64,000 nucleotides of DNA from Candidatus Moraniibacteriota bacterium (GCA_013334765.1 JAAXWW010000001.1:108589-172588), one strand, 5' to 3'. Shown: positions 1 through 10,087, counted from the first letter of the stretch. Notes: generated from the letters alone by a model not told the origin. Translations and numbers: made by a program.

Positions 1-524
1 GTTTTTCAGAGGAATTGGCTGGAGTTGTATTGCCTGAAGAGTTTGAGAATATTCCATCGGAAGAGGTTCTTGTTGAAAGACTCAAATCCTTTCTCATTAT
101 TGATGGAGATAATCCGTATCTTGGTACTCTTTATGATTTTTCAAGTAGCAATTCTCAATATATTTTCGAAGGAAATGAAGCGATGTTGCAAACTGACGAG
201 ATAAAGGGTCAGACTGCATATGCCGGAGCAGTCCGTGGTGCGGTTCGCATTATCAAGAAACAGAGTCAGATACAAAATATGAAACAAGGAGATATTCTTG
301 TTTCTCCTATGACGACACCTGATTTTTTGCCAGCCATGAAAATGGCAGCAGCTTTCGTTACCGACGAAGGAGGAATCACATGTCACGCCGCAATCGTTGC
401 TCGCGAGCTCAAGAAGCCCTGTATTATAGGCACTAAGAACGCTACTCAGATTTTGAAGGACGGCGATCTGGTCGAGGTGGATGCAGATAAGGGGGTAGTT
501 AGAATTCTAAAGAAAAAACCATAA
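1..524 (+). CDS. PEP-utilizing enzyme mobile (phospho-His swivel) domain protein, probably 5'-truncated by the window edge
   Basis: GDILVSPMTTPDF...VTDEGGITCHAAIVARELKKPCIIGT...GDLVEVDADKGVV signature; frame is open back to the window start. Confidence 0.85.
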   Translation, partial: FSEELAGVVLPEEFENIPSEEVLVERLKSFLIIDGDNPYLGTLYDFSSSNSQYIFEGNEAMLQTDEIKGQTAYAGAVRGAVRIIKKQSQIQNMKQGDILVSPMTTPDFLPAMKMAAAFVTDEGGITCHAAIVARELKKPCIIGTKNATQILKDGDLVEVDADKGVVRILKKKP

Positions 525-696
525 AAATTTGCGTATTGAAGAAAGTAAATACCTTAAAAAACTCCTATTCTAAGCCAAAAAACAGAAGAAATAAATACTA
601 TACCATTACAAAGGGTTAGTATTGACAATCTGTAACCCTTTGATGCGGATAATGGAATCATAAAAATAATCGGTCGGTTAAAATAAAAGAAAAAAT

Positions 697-1527
697 ATGT
701 TTGAAAATCCTATCGGAATAGCGGAAAAACAGGAACAAAAAGAGGGTCCGGAAGCCAGAGTGTTCTTTATCCGGCATTCCAAGGCTACTTATAGGAGCTA
801 TGGCGAGAAGCTGAAATCGACGGAGCCGGAAACGCCTATGGATATTGAAAGCCAATCGGCGGATCTTTCTTCAGAAGGAATCGAATTGGCTAGGAAAGAA
901 GCACAAAGATTCTTTTCCGAATTCGACCCAGGAAATGATATCGTCTTCATCGTTTCCAGCAATCAGATGCGGGCGATCGAGACGGCCAGGATATATGCGG
1001 ACACAGCCTTGGAAATGGGCATAGAAGTGGTGCATCATGAAAAGACTGGAACGGAAATAGCGGCGAAGGTCGGGGATGATATGGTCAGATCGATCGATAC
1101 TCTTTCTCCCAAAATGGAAAACATGGTTTTTGGAAGCGTCTTTAATCCAAAATCGCAGGTGCCGGAAATCAATTGGGAGGGCACGAACAGCGGAACGAAA
1201 GAGCTTTTCGAGAAAGCCAGAGCTATCGTGCTCGCGGATGATAGAGGTTCCTGGGGTGCTAATTTCTATGCGCATGCTGATGCAGTTAAAAAAATAATTC
1301 CGGAAGTGGAAACGCCGAAACATCTTCACGAAACCCAATTCAAAAATATGCAGCGCCTAGCTAAATTCGCCAGATCGAAGGCGACCGGAGAAAAAAGGGT
1401 CAATATTATCGGTTTCGGACATGAGGATGCCATGGGTGAGGTGTTAGAAGAACAGACCGGGGATCATAATATCGGGAATGTTGAGGCGGTGGAAATGACG
1501 GAGGACGGGAGGTTGGAGAGGTTGTAA
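697..1527 (+). CDS. Histidine phosphatase superfamily-like protein
   Basis: N-terminal FFIRHS (RHG-like), SSNQMRAIETA, late GFGHE motif. Confidence 0.65.
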   Translation: MFENPIGIAEKQEQKEGPEARVFFIRHSKATYRSYGEKLKSTEPETPMDIESQSADLSSEGIELARKEAQRFFSEFDPGNDIVFIVSSNQMRAIETARIYADTALEMGIEVVHHEKTGTEIAAKVGDDMVRSIDTLSPKMENMVFGSVFNPKSQVPEINWEGTNSGTKELFEKARAIVLADDRGSWGANFYAHADAVKKIIPEVETPKHLHETQFKNMQRLAKFARSKATGEKRVNIIGFGHEDAMGEVLEEQTGDHNIGNVEAVEMTEDGRLERL

Positions 1528-1550
1528 TGTTATAAGATAAGCATAATAAT

Positions 1551-2309
1551 ATGAATATGATGGAAATGCCAATTTTTGAGAAGAAAGAAAAAGAACCGAA
1601 GCTTCTTTTTAAGGCTATCTTAATGAGGCACGAGGAGCCTTATTATAAAGATGAGGGACATGATCTGACCGATAACGGAGTGGAGGGAGCGATTGAGACA
1701 GGAAGACGGATGAAAGCGGATGGGTTTTTTTCTGACAATGATCCGGTGACTCTTCTCCATTCTCCCAAACCTCGAGCCAAGGGCACGCTGGATTTCGTGG
1801 CTCAAGGGGCCGAAATTCCAACCGAAAAAGAAAGGGAAATAAAGATGATAGGACAGAGCAAGATGAATAATCGGGAGGCTTTTATGGATCGTGTAAGAGA
1901 ACTTGATTTTGACATTGAAAAATTAGCCGAGGATCATTATAAAAATGATATGTATGAAAACCGTCCTGACATTATTGAGCCGAACAATAAGAAAAAAGAA
2001 AGGCTGTATCGGTCAATGGAATATCTCATACGCTCGATAATGAAAAGCGATGGTAATCAGAATGAGAATGGAACGCCTCAAATCCTCGCAGTGTCGCATT
2101 TCGAGATAATCACGCATCTCATCGATGATGTTTTCGGCATTGAGAATATCGGGAAATACGATTCTCCATCATTCGGAGAGCAGGTCAAAATATCGGCTTT
2201 CGAAACAGAGGATAAAAACAAGATCAGTCTGGACATAGAATTCCGCGATATGCGAAAAACGGTAATATTCGACAGGACTTCCAGGTCAATCGAGCAAATA
2301 AACCAATAA
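1551..2309 (+). CDS. Histidine phosphatase (phosphoglycerate mutase-like) family protein
   Basis: ILMRHE, LTDNGVEGA, HSPKPRAKGT, AVSHFE motifs. Confidence 0.75.
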   Translation: MNMMEMPIFEKKEKEPKLLFKAILMRHEEPYYKDEGHDLTDNGVEGAIETGRRMKADGFFSDNDPVTLLHSPKPRAKGTLDFVAQGAEIPTEKEREIKMIGQSKMNNREAFMDRVRELDFDIEKLAEDHYKNDMYENRPDIIEPNNKKKERLYRSMEYLIRSIMKSDGNQNENGTPQILAVSHFEIITHLIDDVFGIENIGKYDSPSFGEQVKISAFETEDKNKISLDIEFRDMRKTVIFDRTSRSIEQINQ

Positions 2310-2313
2310 TCAT

Positions 2314-3324
2314 ATGGAAAATACGGTTTTTAATCTGATCAAAAAAGGGAAAATCAAAGGGTTTTCATCATCTCCAAGGATGATAGAGACGGTTATTTCC
2401 AGAGTATTCATTTTCGACGAAGACGATACGGTCCTCAAGTTCTACAAGAAGGACAATGACTGGTGGAATACCGAAATGAGGGATATATCAGAAGGGGCTC
2501 CAAGGATATCGTTCATCCGCGATGATTTTGAATTCAACAAGTTTCTCAATCCGAAGATATACATATCGCTCAAGGTTCCGATTATTTCTGATGGGATTGT
2601 CGTCTTGTCTGAGCCAAAAAAGGATGATGATGATTTGGTGATCGTCATGCGAAAAGAAGATGTGTCTTCGGTGTTTACGGATGTCCTCTGGAAGGGCGAT
2701 CTTTCAAGTGATGAATATCGCGAGATCGGAAAATCCTTCGCTAAGATAAAGCTTTCCATTCCGAGAAGCTTTATGCCTGAAGAAGTGCCCAGTTGGCATG
2801 AGCAGGCCAGGAAAAGAATCGAAGATGTGGCTGGATGGGTTGCGAGCGAGAAGGATTTTCCAGAGAAAATCGCAAAGAAGGGTATGAAAATTCTTTGGAA
2901 CAGTATCGACAGCAAGAAAGGACATTTTGATTCGATCGGAAAAAATGATCTGTTTGTCTCAATTGATTGCAACTCGGAAAACTTGATATATTCCGGGAAA
3001 GAACTTAGATTCATGGATGCCTATTCTCCAAAAGAAAATTGGCTGACTCAGACATTCGATATGGATATATTCAGGGTCGCGAGCGATATATACGCTCTTT
3101 CAGGAAAGGACGCGTATGAAAGCTATCTTTCGGGTGTCAAGGAAATCGCCGGAGAACATATGCATGATGAAGCTCACGAGTTCTACCTTTTCTATGGTGC
3201 CATGATTATGGGGCCCTATTTCTTCATGCTGAGCCATAAGGACAAGAGGTATCTTCCTATGGCGGAAAAATACCTCAAATTCATTGCTGATCAAATTAAT
3301 CAATCCAAGATAGCAGCTTCTTAA
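2314..3324 (+). CDS. Aminoglycoside phosphotransferase-like / COG2187 N-terminal kinase-fold protein
   Basis: IETVISRVFIF...VLKFYK resembles ETHISxVF..K; DCNSENL and FMD resemble the catalytic and Mg-binding loops. Confidence 0.5.
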   Translation: MENTVFNLIKKGKIKGFSSSPRMIETVISRVFIFDEDDTVLKFYKKDNDWWNTEMRDISEGAPRISFIRDDFEFNKFLNPKIYISLKVPIISDGIVVLSEPKKDDDDLVIVMRKEDVSSVFTDVLWKGDLSSDEYREIGKSFAKIKLSIPRSFMPEEVPSWHEQARKRIEDVAGWVASEKDFPEKIAKKGMKILWNSIDSKKGHFDSIGKNDLFVSIDCNSENLIYSGKELRFMDAYSPKENWLTQTFDMDIFRVASDIYALSGKDAYESYLSGVKEIAGEHMHDEAHEFYLFYGAMIMGPYFFMLSHKDKRYLPMAEKYLKFIADQINQSKIAAS

Positions 3325-3355
3325 TTATGATAGTAAAAGTATAAGATTAAGTATT

Positions 3356-3751
3356 ATGGGACGAATACTTGGGATAGATTATGGGAAGGCTAAAGTGGGG
3401 TTGGCGATCGCGGACGCTGAGATCAGCATCGCTTTTAGCCATGGGATGCTTAGGAATGACAAGGATTTTCTGGAACGTCTGTTGAAAATAATCCAAGACG
3501 AGGATGCGGACATCATAGTCATAGGAATCCCTTCGTATGTCAATCGGGAGGAGACGGAATATGATGGGGAAAAGTTAGGAAAATATCTTGCCGATCATAC
3601 GGATGCCGCGATCGAATATCATGACGAGATGTTCTCGACGAAAATCGCCAGGGAGAATCTCAAGGAAAAAGGGATGAAGAATCTGAATGCCTTTGATGAT
3701 GCGGAGTCCGCCAAGGTTATCCTTCAGAGCTGGCTGGATAAGAAGAAATAG
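3356..3751 (+). CDS. ruvX: YqgF/RuvX family pre-16S rRNA nuclease
   Basis: ILGIDYGKAKVGLA, IVIGIP, DEMFST, DDAESAKVILQSWL. Confidence 0.93.
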   Translation: MGRILGIDYGKAKVGLAIADAEISIAFSHGMLRNDKDFLERLLKIIQDEDADIIVIGIPSYVNREETEYDGEKLGKYLADHTDAAIEYHDEMFSTKIARENLKEKGMKNLNAFDDAESAKVILQSWLDKKK

Positions 3752-3841
3752 AGCTAACACGGGACTATTTTATTTTCAAAAGACGGGATATGCCCGTTTT
3801 TTGCTTTATTATCGGTATTTTTTATCAATAAAAACGGGACA

Positions 3842-3870
3842 TTGACTATTTGCGAATATTATGCTAATAT
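3842..3870 (+). promoter_or_regulatory. Sigma70-type promoter
   Basis: TTGACT-17 nt-TAATAT with extended TG, just after the ruvX terminator (3781-3802). Confidence 0.55.
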
Positions 3871-3924
3871 CCACGGTCAGCTAATCTAAGAATTCAATCC
3901 TGGCTTGGCTCGGTGACAAAATCT

Positions 3925-4059
3925 ATGATTCCAGACCATCGCAACAACGAAATGATGATCAAGGGAGTAGCCATCGCTTTCGTTGCCATATTCATGGCAG
4001 CGATGTCGTTCACGTTCGTGATGGCTGTCTATGGCTCGGCAGCATTGGCGATTAGGTAG
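3925..4059 (+). CDS. Small single-TM peptide, 44 aa (not in the ORF track)
   Basis: MIPDHRNNEMMIKGVAIAFVAIFMAAMSFTFVMAVYGSAALAIR*; continuous hydrophobic stretch downstream of a promoter. Confidence 0.45.
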   Translation: MIPDHRNNEMMIKGVAIAFVAIFMAAMSFTFVMAVYGSAALAIR

Positions 4060-4115
4060 GATTTTGTCATATAGGCTGAAGTTTCTTAACAATTCAAAAA
4101 ACCAAGGAGAAGACC

Positions 4116-4694
4116 ATGAAGGTTTTAAGGGGTATTATTGTAGTGATCTGTGCTGTTTTTATGACAACCTTTCTTATCTGGATGTCGAGCGGCTGTTCGA
4201 AACCTGAAAAGCTCGAAGACCGGAAACAGGCATTGATGCAAATCGCCAGGGATCATCAGTTCGCCAAACAGGCTGGCGAAGCGGCCCTGACGAATGCTGG
4301 GAAATATACCAGTGCTGGCAGTTCGTCGTACTGGCTTTATGTTGCGATGGCTTGCGGGAACGACACATCCGGATATGACGGCGCGTCCATCGGCGACAAG
4401 GTTGCTCTTGGTCGGATGGCCGAGCTGGCCAAGCGGTTTGCTGATGGCGCCAAAGCTGACGAACTGTTCCGTCTTGCTCGAAGCGGACGTGCTCAAGATG
4501 CGCTTCAGCAAGCGCTCATGGTAAGCGGTGTTCCTGGTGAGCGGGATTGGCAAAAGACGGCTGATATTCTTGAGAGCCATCTGAAGAACAACCCTAATCT
4601 AACGATATCGGAAGGCAAGGCGATCGATGAAATGATCGCCAGCATCCAATCCTTTATCAAGGAGCGCAGTCGGCTTTTTGCCAAAAGTTCCTGA
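4116..4694 (+). CDS. Hypothetical lipoprotein
   Basis: Signal peptide ending SSG-C (lipobox-like); SD AAGGAG; hairpin terminator at 4772-4809. Confidence 0.65.
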   Translation: MKVLRGIIVVICAVFMTTFLIWMSSGCSKPEKLEDRKQALMQIARDHQFAKQAGEAALTNAGKYTSAGSSSYWLYVAMACGNDTSGYDGASIGDKVALGRMAELAKRFADGAKADELFRLARSGRAQDALQQALMVSGVPGERDWQKTADILESHLKNNPNLTISEGKAIDEMIASIQSFIKERSRLFAKSS

Positions 4695-4871
4695 TATTTT
4701 CAAATTTTACATCCTGCTCCGACTGCTTTGCAATTGCCCGTAAGGCAGCAAGGCAGGAGTTTCATTTTTTTGAGCCTGGTTCGCATATTGTGCGAGTCGG
4801 GCTCTTTTTATATATTTTTTCGACTTGCTGAACTATGCTATAATAAGTCTGTCATAAAATGAAAAACAAAA

Positions 4872-5909
4872 ATGTCTGAGGAAAATAAAAAAGAAGAAAA
4901 AGGCAAAAAATTCACCGAGCTCCGCCAGGATCTGGTGACGGGGGATTGGGTGGTTATTGCCGCTAATAGGGCTAGGCGGCCGGAAGAATTCATCGTGCAT
5001 GACGATTGCGAGGTTGATGTCAGCGATGATGCCCAAAAGAAATGCTTTTTCTGCTATCCGGAAGAAACCGGTCAGGAAAAGGACGTTCTGATATATACGG
5101 ATGCGAAAAACGATTGGACGCTTAGGGTTTTTCCCAATAAATATCCAGCGTTCACCCGTGGGGATGAAATATCCCACCAAGAGGAAGGCCCGTATTTCAT
5201 GATGGAAGGAGTGGGATATCATGAGCTGGTGGTGACTAGGGATCACAAGAAATCGATCGCTCTTCTGGACAAAGAGGCGGTAGCGGAAGTGCTGGACGCC
5301 TATCAGGACCGCTATATTGATCTCATGAACAAGAAAAGCGTCAATTATATAGAGATATTCCATAACCATAAGAAAAGCGCCGGGGCATCCATTCCGCACC
5401 CGCATTCCCAGTTGGTGGCGATTCCGGTCATTTCCCCATATATAAAGTCCGAACTGGACGGAGCTGAGGAATATCACAAGATGAACAGGCATTGCGCTTA
5501 TTGCGCCGTGGCTGAGTGGGAAAGGGAAAATGGAAAGCGGGTCGTTTTCGAGAATGATAAGTTCATTGCGTTCTGTCCGTTCGCCTCGCGCGCCGCGTTT
5601 GAAATCTGGATCATGCCGAAAAAGCACAATCCATATTTCGAAAGGATGAGCACCGAAGACAAGCTGGAAGCGGCTGAAGCCCTTCAGGTATCGCTTGCAA
5701 AGATCTATGAATCGCTCGGCAATCCGGCTTATAATTTCTATTTGCATACGGCTCCATGCGACGGAAAGGATTATCCGCATTTCCATTGGCATATCGAGAT
5801 TCTGCCGAGGACCGCGCTTTGGGCGGGATTCGAACTTTCGACCGGAATCGAGATTTCAACAATCGAACCGGAAGCAGCAGCTGAGTTTTTGAGGAATGCG
5901 AAAGTATGA
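4872..5909 (+). CDS. galT: Galactose-1-phosphate uridylyltransferase (GalT family)
   Basis: ELRQDLVTGDWV, CFFC, FPNKYPA, GASIPHPHSQ (HxHxQ). Confidence 0.92.
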   Translation: MSEENKKEEKGKKFTELRQDLVTGDWVVIAANRARRPEEFIVHDDCEVDVSDDAQKKCFFCYPEETGQEKDVLIYTDAKNDWTLRVFPNKYPAFTRGDEISHQEEGPYFMMEGVGYHELVVTRDHKKSIALLDKEAVAEVLDAYQDRYIDLMNKKSVNYIEIFHNHKKSAGASIPHPHSQLVAIPVISPYIKSELDGAEEYHKMNRHCAYCAVAEWERENGKRVVFENDKFIAFCPFASRAAFEIWIMPKKHNPYFERMSTEDKLEAAEALQVSLAKIYESLGNPAYNFYLHTAPCDGKDYPHFHWHIEILPRTALWAGFELSTGIEISTIEPEAAAEFLRNAKV

Positions 5910-6012
5910 TACTGAGTGTCTTGCCAAATCAGGATGATTTATTGGCAGAAGCACTATCGATAATAACTAAATATCAAATGCAAAGCGTGAAATGCTGGAT
6001 AAGTGATACGGC

Positions 6013-6666
6013 ATGTTTGCTGTTTGGATTAGCAAATTTATGATTAGCGGAATTATATCAGTACTAGCCAGTTTCATTATTTGGGGGATATCTTCGCTGG
6101 GATATTCCGGTGTGGCTCTTATGATGGCGATCGAATCGGCGTGCATCCCTCTTCCTTCGGAAATAATCATGCCTTTTTCGGGATACCTGGTTTCTACGGG
6201 CACGTTCACTTTGCTGGGCGTGGCCTTGGCTGGAGCTATCGGATGCGTTATCGGTAGCGTCCTGGCTTATTGGGTCGGATATTATGGCGGACGTCCGATG
6301 GCGGAAAAATACGGGAAATACATCCTGGTTACGAAGCATGATCTGGATATCGCCGATAATTTTTTTGGAAAATACGGCAATGCGGCGGTATTTTTTTCCA
6401 GGATGCTTCCTGTTATCAGGACTTTCATATCGCTTCCGGCCGGGATCGCAAGGATGAATTTCCCCCAGTTTGTCCTATATACCTTCTTGGGTTCTTTTCC
6501 TTTCTGCTATATCCTAGCTTATATAGGAAAAAAATTGGGCGATAACTGGGATACTTTAGGGGTGTATTTCCATAAATTCGATATCGGCATAGGTGTTCTC
6601 ATAGCAATCGGACTGATCTGGTTCGTGAGGAGGCATCTTAATATAAAAAAATCCGGTCGGGCTTAA
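6013..6666 (+). CDS. DedA family membrane protein
   Basis: ESACIPLPSEII, YWVGYYGG, RMLPVIRTFISLPAG. Confidence 0.93.
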   Translation: MFAVWISKFMISGIISVLASFIIWGISSLGYSGVALMMAIESACIPLPSEIIMPFSGYLVSTGTFTLLGVALAGAIGCVIGSVLAYWVGYYGGRPMAEKYGKYILVTKHDLDIADNFFGKYGNAAVFFSRMLPVIRTFISLPAGIARMNFPQFVLYTFLGSFPFCYILAYIGKKLGDNWDTLGVYFHKFDIGIGVLIAIGLIWFVRRHLNIKKSGRA

Positions 6667-6687
6667 ATCAATATTAAATATTTGGAT

Positions 6688-7449
6688 ATGGGAAAGCTGC
6701 TGATAGGGAATTTGAAAATGAATATTCTGAGCTCATATGAGAGGGACAGGTATTTTTCCGATTTCAATCTTGAAATGAAAAAATATGATTTTCCAGGATC
6801 ATCCCTGGTATTGTGCCCGCCATCCCTGCACATCGAGGCTTTCAGGAATAATTTCGGCGAGACTCTTTCTGTCGGTGCTCAGAACGTCTTTTGGGAGGAC
6901 AAAGGGTCGTATACGGGTGAGATATCGCCCAAGATGCTCAAGAACTTCGGCGTGGAATACGTGATTGTCGGACACAGTGAAAGGCGGAAATTCCTTGGCG
7001 AAAACGGGAGGATAATAAACGCTAAGGTCACAGCTTCTTTGAAGGCCAATTTGAAACCTGTTCTTTGTATCGGAGAAACGAGGCAGGAGAAGGATGCGAA
7101 TCAGATCGTGAAGGTGCTGACTCTTCAGATCAGGGAAGCTCTTCACGGCGTGTCCAAGCTGCGTGCCGGAAGCATTATCATCGCCTATGAGCCGATCTGG
7201 TCGGTTGGGACGGACAAGATTCCCAGTTCCAATGAGATCATGGAAGCCAAGGTGATAATTCGGAAGATCATATTTTCCATGTTCGACAGGAATATCGCCG
7301 AGAGCATCCCGGTTATTTATGGCGGCAGCGTCAGCTCGTTCACTGCCAAGCAGGTATGTGTCGACAGCGCCATGGACGGCGCGCTGGTCGGAAGGGAGAG
7401 TCTCATCCCGAAGGAATTCTTGAAGATAGCAGGCGTTATCGGTTGTTAG
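6688..7449 (+). CDS. tpiA: Triosephosphate isomerase
   Basis: GNLKMN, GAQN, GHSERR, AYEPIWSVG, YGGSV. Confidence 0.95.
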   Translation: MGKLLIGNLKMNILSSYERDRYFSDFNLEMKKYDFPGSSLVLCPPSLHIEAFRNNFGETLSVGAQNVFWEDKGSYTGEISPKMLKNFGVEYVIVGHSERRKFLGENGRIINAKVTASLKANLKPVLCIGETRQEKDANQIVKVLTLQIREALHGVSKLRAGSIIIAYEPIWSVGTDKIPSSNEIMEAKVIIRKIIFSMFDRNIAESIPVIYGGSVSSFTAKQVCVDSAMDGALVGRESLIPKEFLKIAGVIGC

Positions 7450-7473
7450 CATAATTCTAAAAAATAAAATCAT

Positions 7474-8343
7474 ATGATTACAAGCGTAAAAGAGATTCTT
7501 GCGAAAGCTAAGGAAGGCGGATACGCGGTCGGCGCTTTCAATACGATAAACTTGGAAACGACTCGGGCAATCGTCGATGCGGCACAGGAGCTGAGGTCGC
7601 CGGTTATTATCCAGGTTACGGAGAAAACCATGGAATACGCGGGGGGCAGGATGATATTCAATATCATCAAGAATGAAGTGGAATTCTATGCTCCTGAGGT
7701 TCCGGTAGGGATCCATCTCGATCACGGGAAAAGTTTTGAAATAATAGAACGCGCGGTGGAAATCGGTTTCACTTCGGTCATGTATGACGGATCGAGAAAG
7801 AAATTCGCCGATAATCTCGATATCACTAAAAAAGTAGTCGCTCTTTGCAAAGAGAAAGGGGTGGATGTGCAGGGGGAACTGGGTAGCGTTCCGTATCTTG
7901 GAGAAGCCGGGACGGGTGAGATCAACTGGGATGAATATATGACCGATCCTGGACAGGCCGCGACGTTCGTTCGCGAATCAGGCATTGACGCTTTGGCTGT
8001 GGCGATCGGGAACGCGCATGGGTTCTTCAAAGAGCGGGAGGTGCCTGATTATGACAGGCTTGAGATGGTAAACAAATCCTGTGATAACATGCCGTTGGTC
8101 CTTCATGGCGCTTCCGATTGGGAGGATGGGAAAGTCAAAGAAGTCATAAGCCGCGGGATATGCTGCTTCAATGTCGACACGGCGATCCGGTTGGCTTTCA
8201 TAAATAGTGTTATAAATTCCACCAAGAACCAAGGGAGGAGCATTTCTTTCGATGTGCGTAATCTTCTAGGAGAGGCAAGGGAGGCGGTCAAGGACGTGGT
8301 AAAGCAGAAGATGATACTTTTCGGTTCTGACGGAAAGATATAG
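7474..8343 (+). CDS. fba: Class II fructose-bisphosphate aldolase
   Basis: YAVGAFN, HLDHG, SVMYDGS, AIGNAHG, LVLHGAS. Confidence 0.95.
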   Translation: MITSVKEILAKAKEGGYAVGAFNTINLETTRAIVDAAQELRSPVIIQVTEKTMEYAGGRMIFNIIKNEVEFYAPEVPVGIHLDHGKSFEIIERAVEIGFTSVMYDGSRKKFADNLDITKKVVALCKEKGVDVQGELGSVPYLGEAGTGEINWDEYMTDPGQAATFVRESGIDALAVAIGNAHGFFKEREVPDYDRLEMVNKSCDNMPLVLHGASDWEDGKVKEVISRGICCFNVDTAIRLAFINSVINSTKNQGRSISFDVRNLLGEAREAVKDVVKQKMILFGSDGKI

Positions 8344-8385
8344 CCAATTCCAGGCAATAATAAAAGTGAAGTGAGATATTGAACA

Positions 8386-8835
8386 ATGAAGCCTGTTACG
8401 GTTGAAAAAATCCTTTTGGAATTCGATCCCGAGCAAGGGAATATTTTGCCGGTACTGAAAAGAATCAATGCCGCTTTTGGATATGTTTCCGAAACGGACG
8501 CTAAGAAGATGGCGGATTATTTCTCAGTTTCCCTGTCTCATATTTTCGAGTTGGCGAGTTTTTACAGCCTTATCGGGACTAAAAAGGATTCGGATATCGT
8601 TATCAAGATATGTTCCGGAACTAATTGTACGGTTCAGGGCAGTTCTTGCCTTATAGCTGAAGTTGAAAAATATTTCGGAATAAAAGCAGGCGATGAGTTC
8701 AATCCCAAAGTCAGGTTGGAAGTGATCAGCTGTCTTGGGAGATGCGGCGAAGGGCCGATCATGATGGTGAATGGCAGGATATACACGAAAGTGACAGTTT
8801 CAGGCGCCCGGGATATCTTGGAAAATATGGAGTAA
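8386..8835 (+). CDS. NuoE/HydC-like [2Fe-2S] subunit
   Basis: ASFYS, CSGTNC...SCLGRCGEGP thioredoxin-like 2Fe-2S motif. Confidence 0.9.
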   Translation: MKPVTVEKILLEFDPEQGNILPVLKRINAAFGYVSETDAKKMADYFSVSLSHIFELASFYSLIGTKKDSDIVIKICSGTNCTVQGSSCLIAEVEKYFGIKAGDEFNPKVRLEVISCLGRCGEGPIMMVNGRIYTKVTVSGARDILENME

Positions 8836-8857
8836 ACGGAATGCTTCCGAATATCAT

Positions 8858-10087
8858 ATGGATAATATAAAAATAATAACCGAGCATTGGGACAAGATCG
8901 ATCCGAAGAAGATCGCGGATTATGTCGCTGTCGGAGGATACGAAACGCTTAGGAAATTCGTTTGCGAGGCGGATCCGGCTTCAGCCTTGCAAGAGATAAA
9001 GAAGTCCGGTCTTCTGGGGCGGGGCGGGGCTGGTTTCCCGATCGGCGACAAGCTCGAGCTGGTGGCTTCCAGCAATAAAAAAGAAAAGTATTTCATTTGC
9101 AACCTGGATGAATCAGAGCCAGGGACATATAAGGACAGGGAAATCGCCAAGAACAACCCGCATCTTCTCATTGAGGGAATAGCTTTGGCGTCGCTTATTA
9201 TTGGGGCGAAAAAGGCATTCATTTATCTCAATGGGAATTATGAAGAAGAAGAGGAGATTCTGGAATGTGCTCTTTCTCAGTCTATTGAGAACGGCTTCAT
9301 TGGTGAAGGAATACTCGGATCGGAATACGGGCTTGAGATGGAAGTGTTCCAAGGGGCTGGCGCGTATATTTGCGGAGAGGAAACGGCGCTTCTCAATTCG
9401 ATCGAAGGCCGTCGCGGCGAACCGAGGCTGCGTCCGCCGTATCCGACGGACAAAGGGCTTTGGGGCCATCCGACGGCTATTGGGAATGCCGAGACCGTTT
9501 CGAATTTTCCTTGGATAATCAAGAACGGAGGGGCGGAATATTCCAGGATCGGTTCGGCTGATTCTCCAGGCACGAAGCTGTATACTTTGGGCGGATCCGT
9601 GAAAAATACGGGAATATTCGAGCTGCCGACCGGAATCAGCATTCGCGATCTTATCCAGAAATCGGGTGGCGGGATGATGCTGGGGAAGGAATTCTGGTTT
9701 GCGCAGATAGGCGGAGCGTCCGGAAGGTTGGTGTTGGAAAACGAGTTGGAAGAGAAGCTGGTTCTGAAAAAGGGCGCCAAGATACCGCTGGGTTCCGGAG
9801 CGGTTCTGGTGGTTGATAAGACGGTGGATATCCATGATATGATTTTGTCCTGGACTGGATTTTTCAGGCGAGAATCTTGCGGGAAATGCGTTCCGTGCCG
9901 GGAGGGGACATTCCGCCTTTTTGAAATAGCGAAGAGGATGAATAATGGGAAGATGAGCGAACGGGATAAGGCGGCTGTTTCCGATATCCTTTGGGCGCTT
10001 GAGAACACGACTTTCTGCCCGTTCGGGAAATTTTCTGCCACTGCTTTCCGGGATACAGTGGAGAAGTTGAACATATCGAATTCGTAA
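8858..10087 (+). CDS. NuoF/HydB-like FMN/NADH-binding subunit (short form)
   Basis: GRGGAGFP, DESEPGTYKDR, GAGAYICGEETAL, ESCGKCVPCREG...FCPFG. Confidence 0.93.
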   Translation: MDNIKIITEHWDKIDPKKIADYVAVGGYETLRKFVCEADPASALQEIKKSGLLGRGGAGFPIGDKLELVASSNKKEKYFICNLDESEPGTYKDREIAKNNPHLLIEGIALASLIIGAKKAFIYLNGNYEEEEEILECALSQSIENGFIGEGILGSEYGLEMEVFQGAGAYICGEETALLNSIEGRRGEPRLRPPYPTDKGLWGHPTAIGNAETVSNFPWIIKNGGAEYSRIGSADSPGTKLYTLGGSVKNTGIFELPTGISIRDLIQKSGGGMMLGKEFWFAQIGGASGRLVLENELEEKLVLKKGAKIPLGSGAVLVVDKTVDIHDMILSWTGFFRRESCGKCVPCREGTFRLFEIAKRMNNGKMSERDKAAVSDILWALENTTFCPFGKFSATAFRDTVEKLNISNS

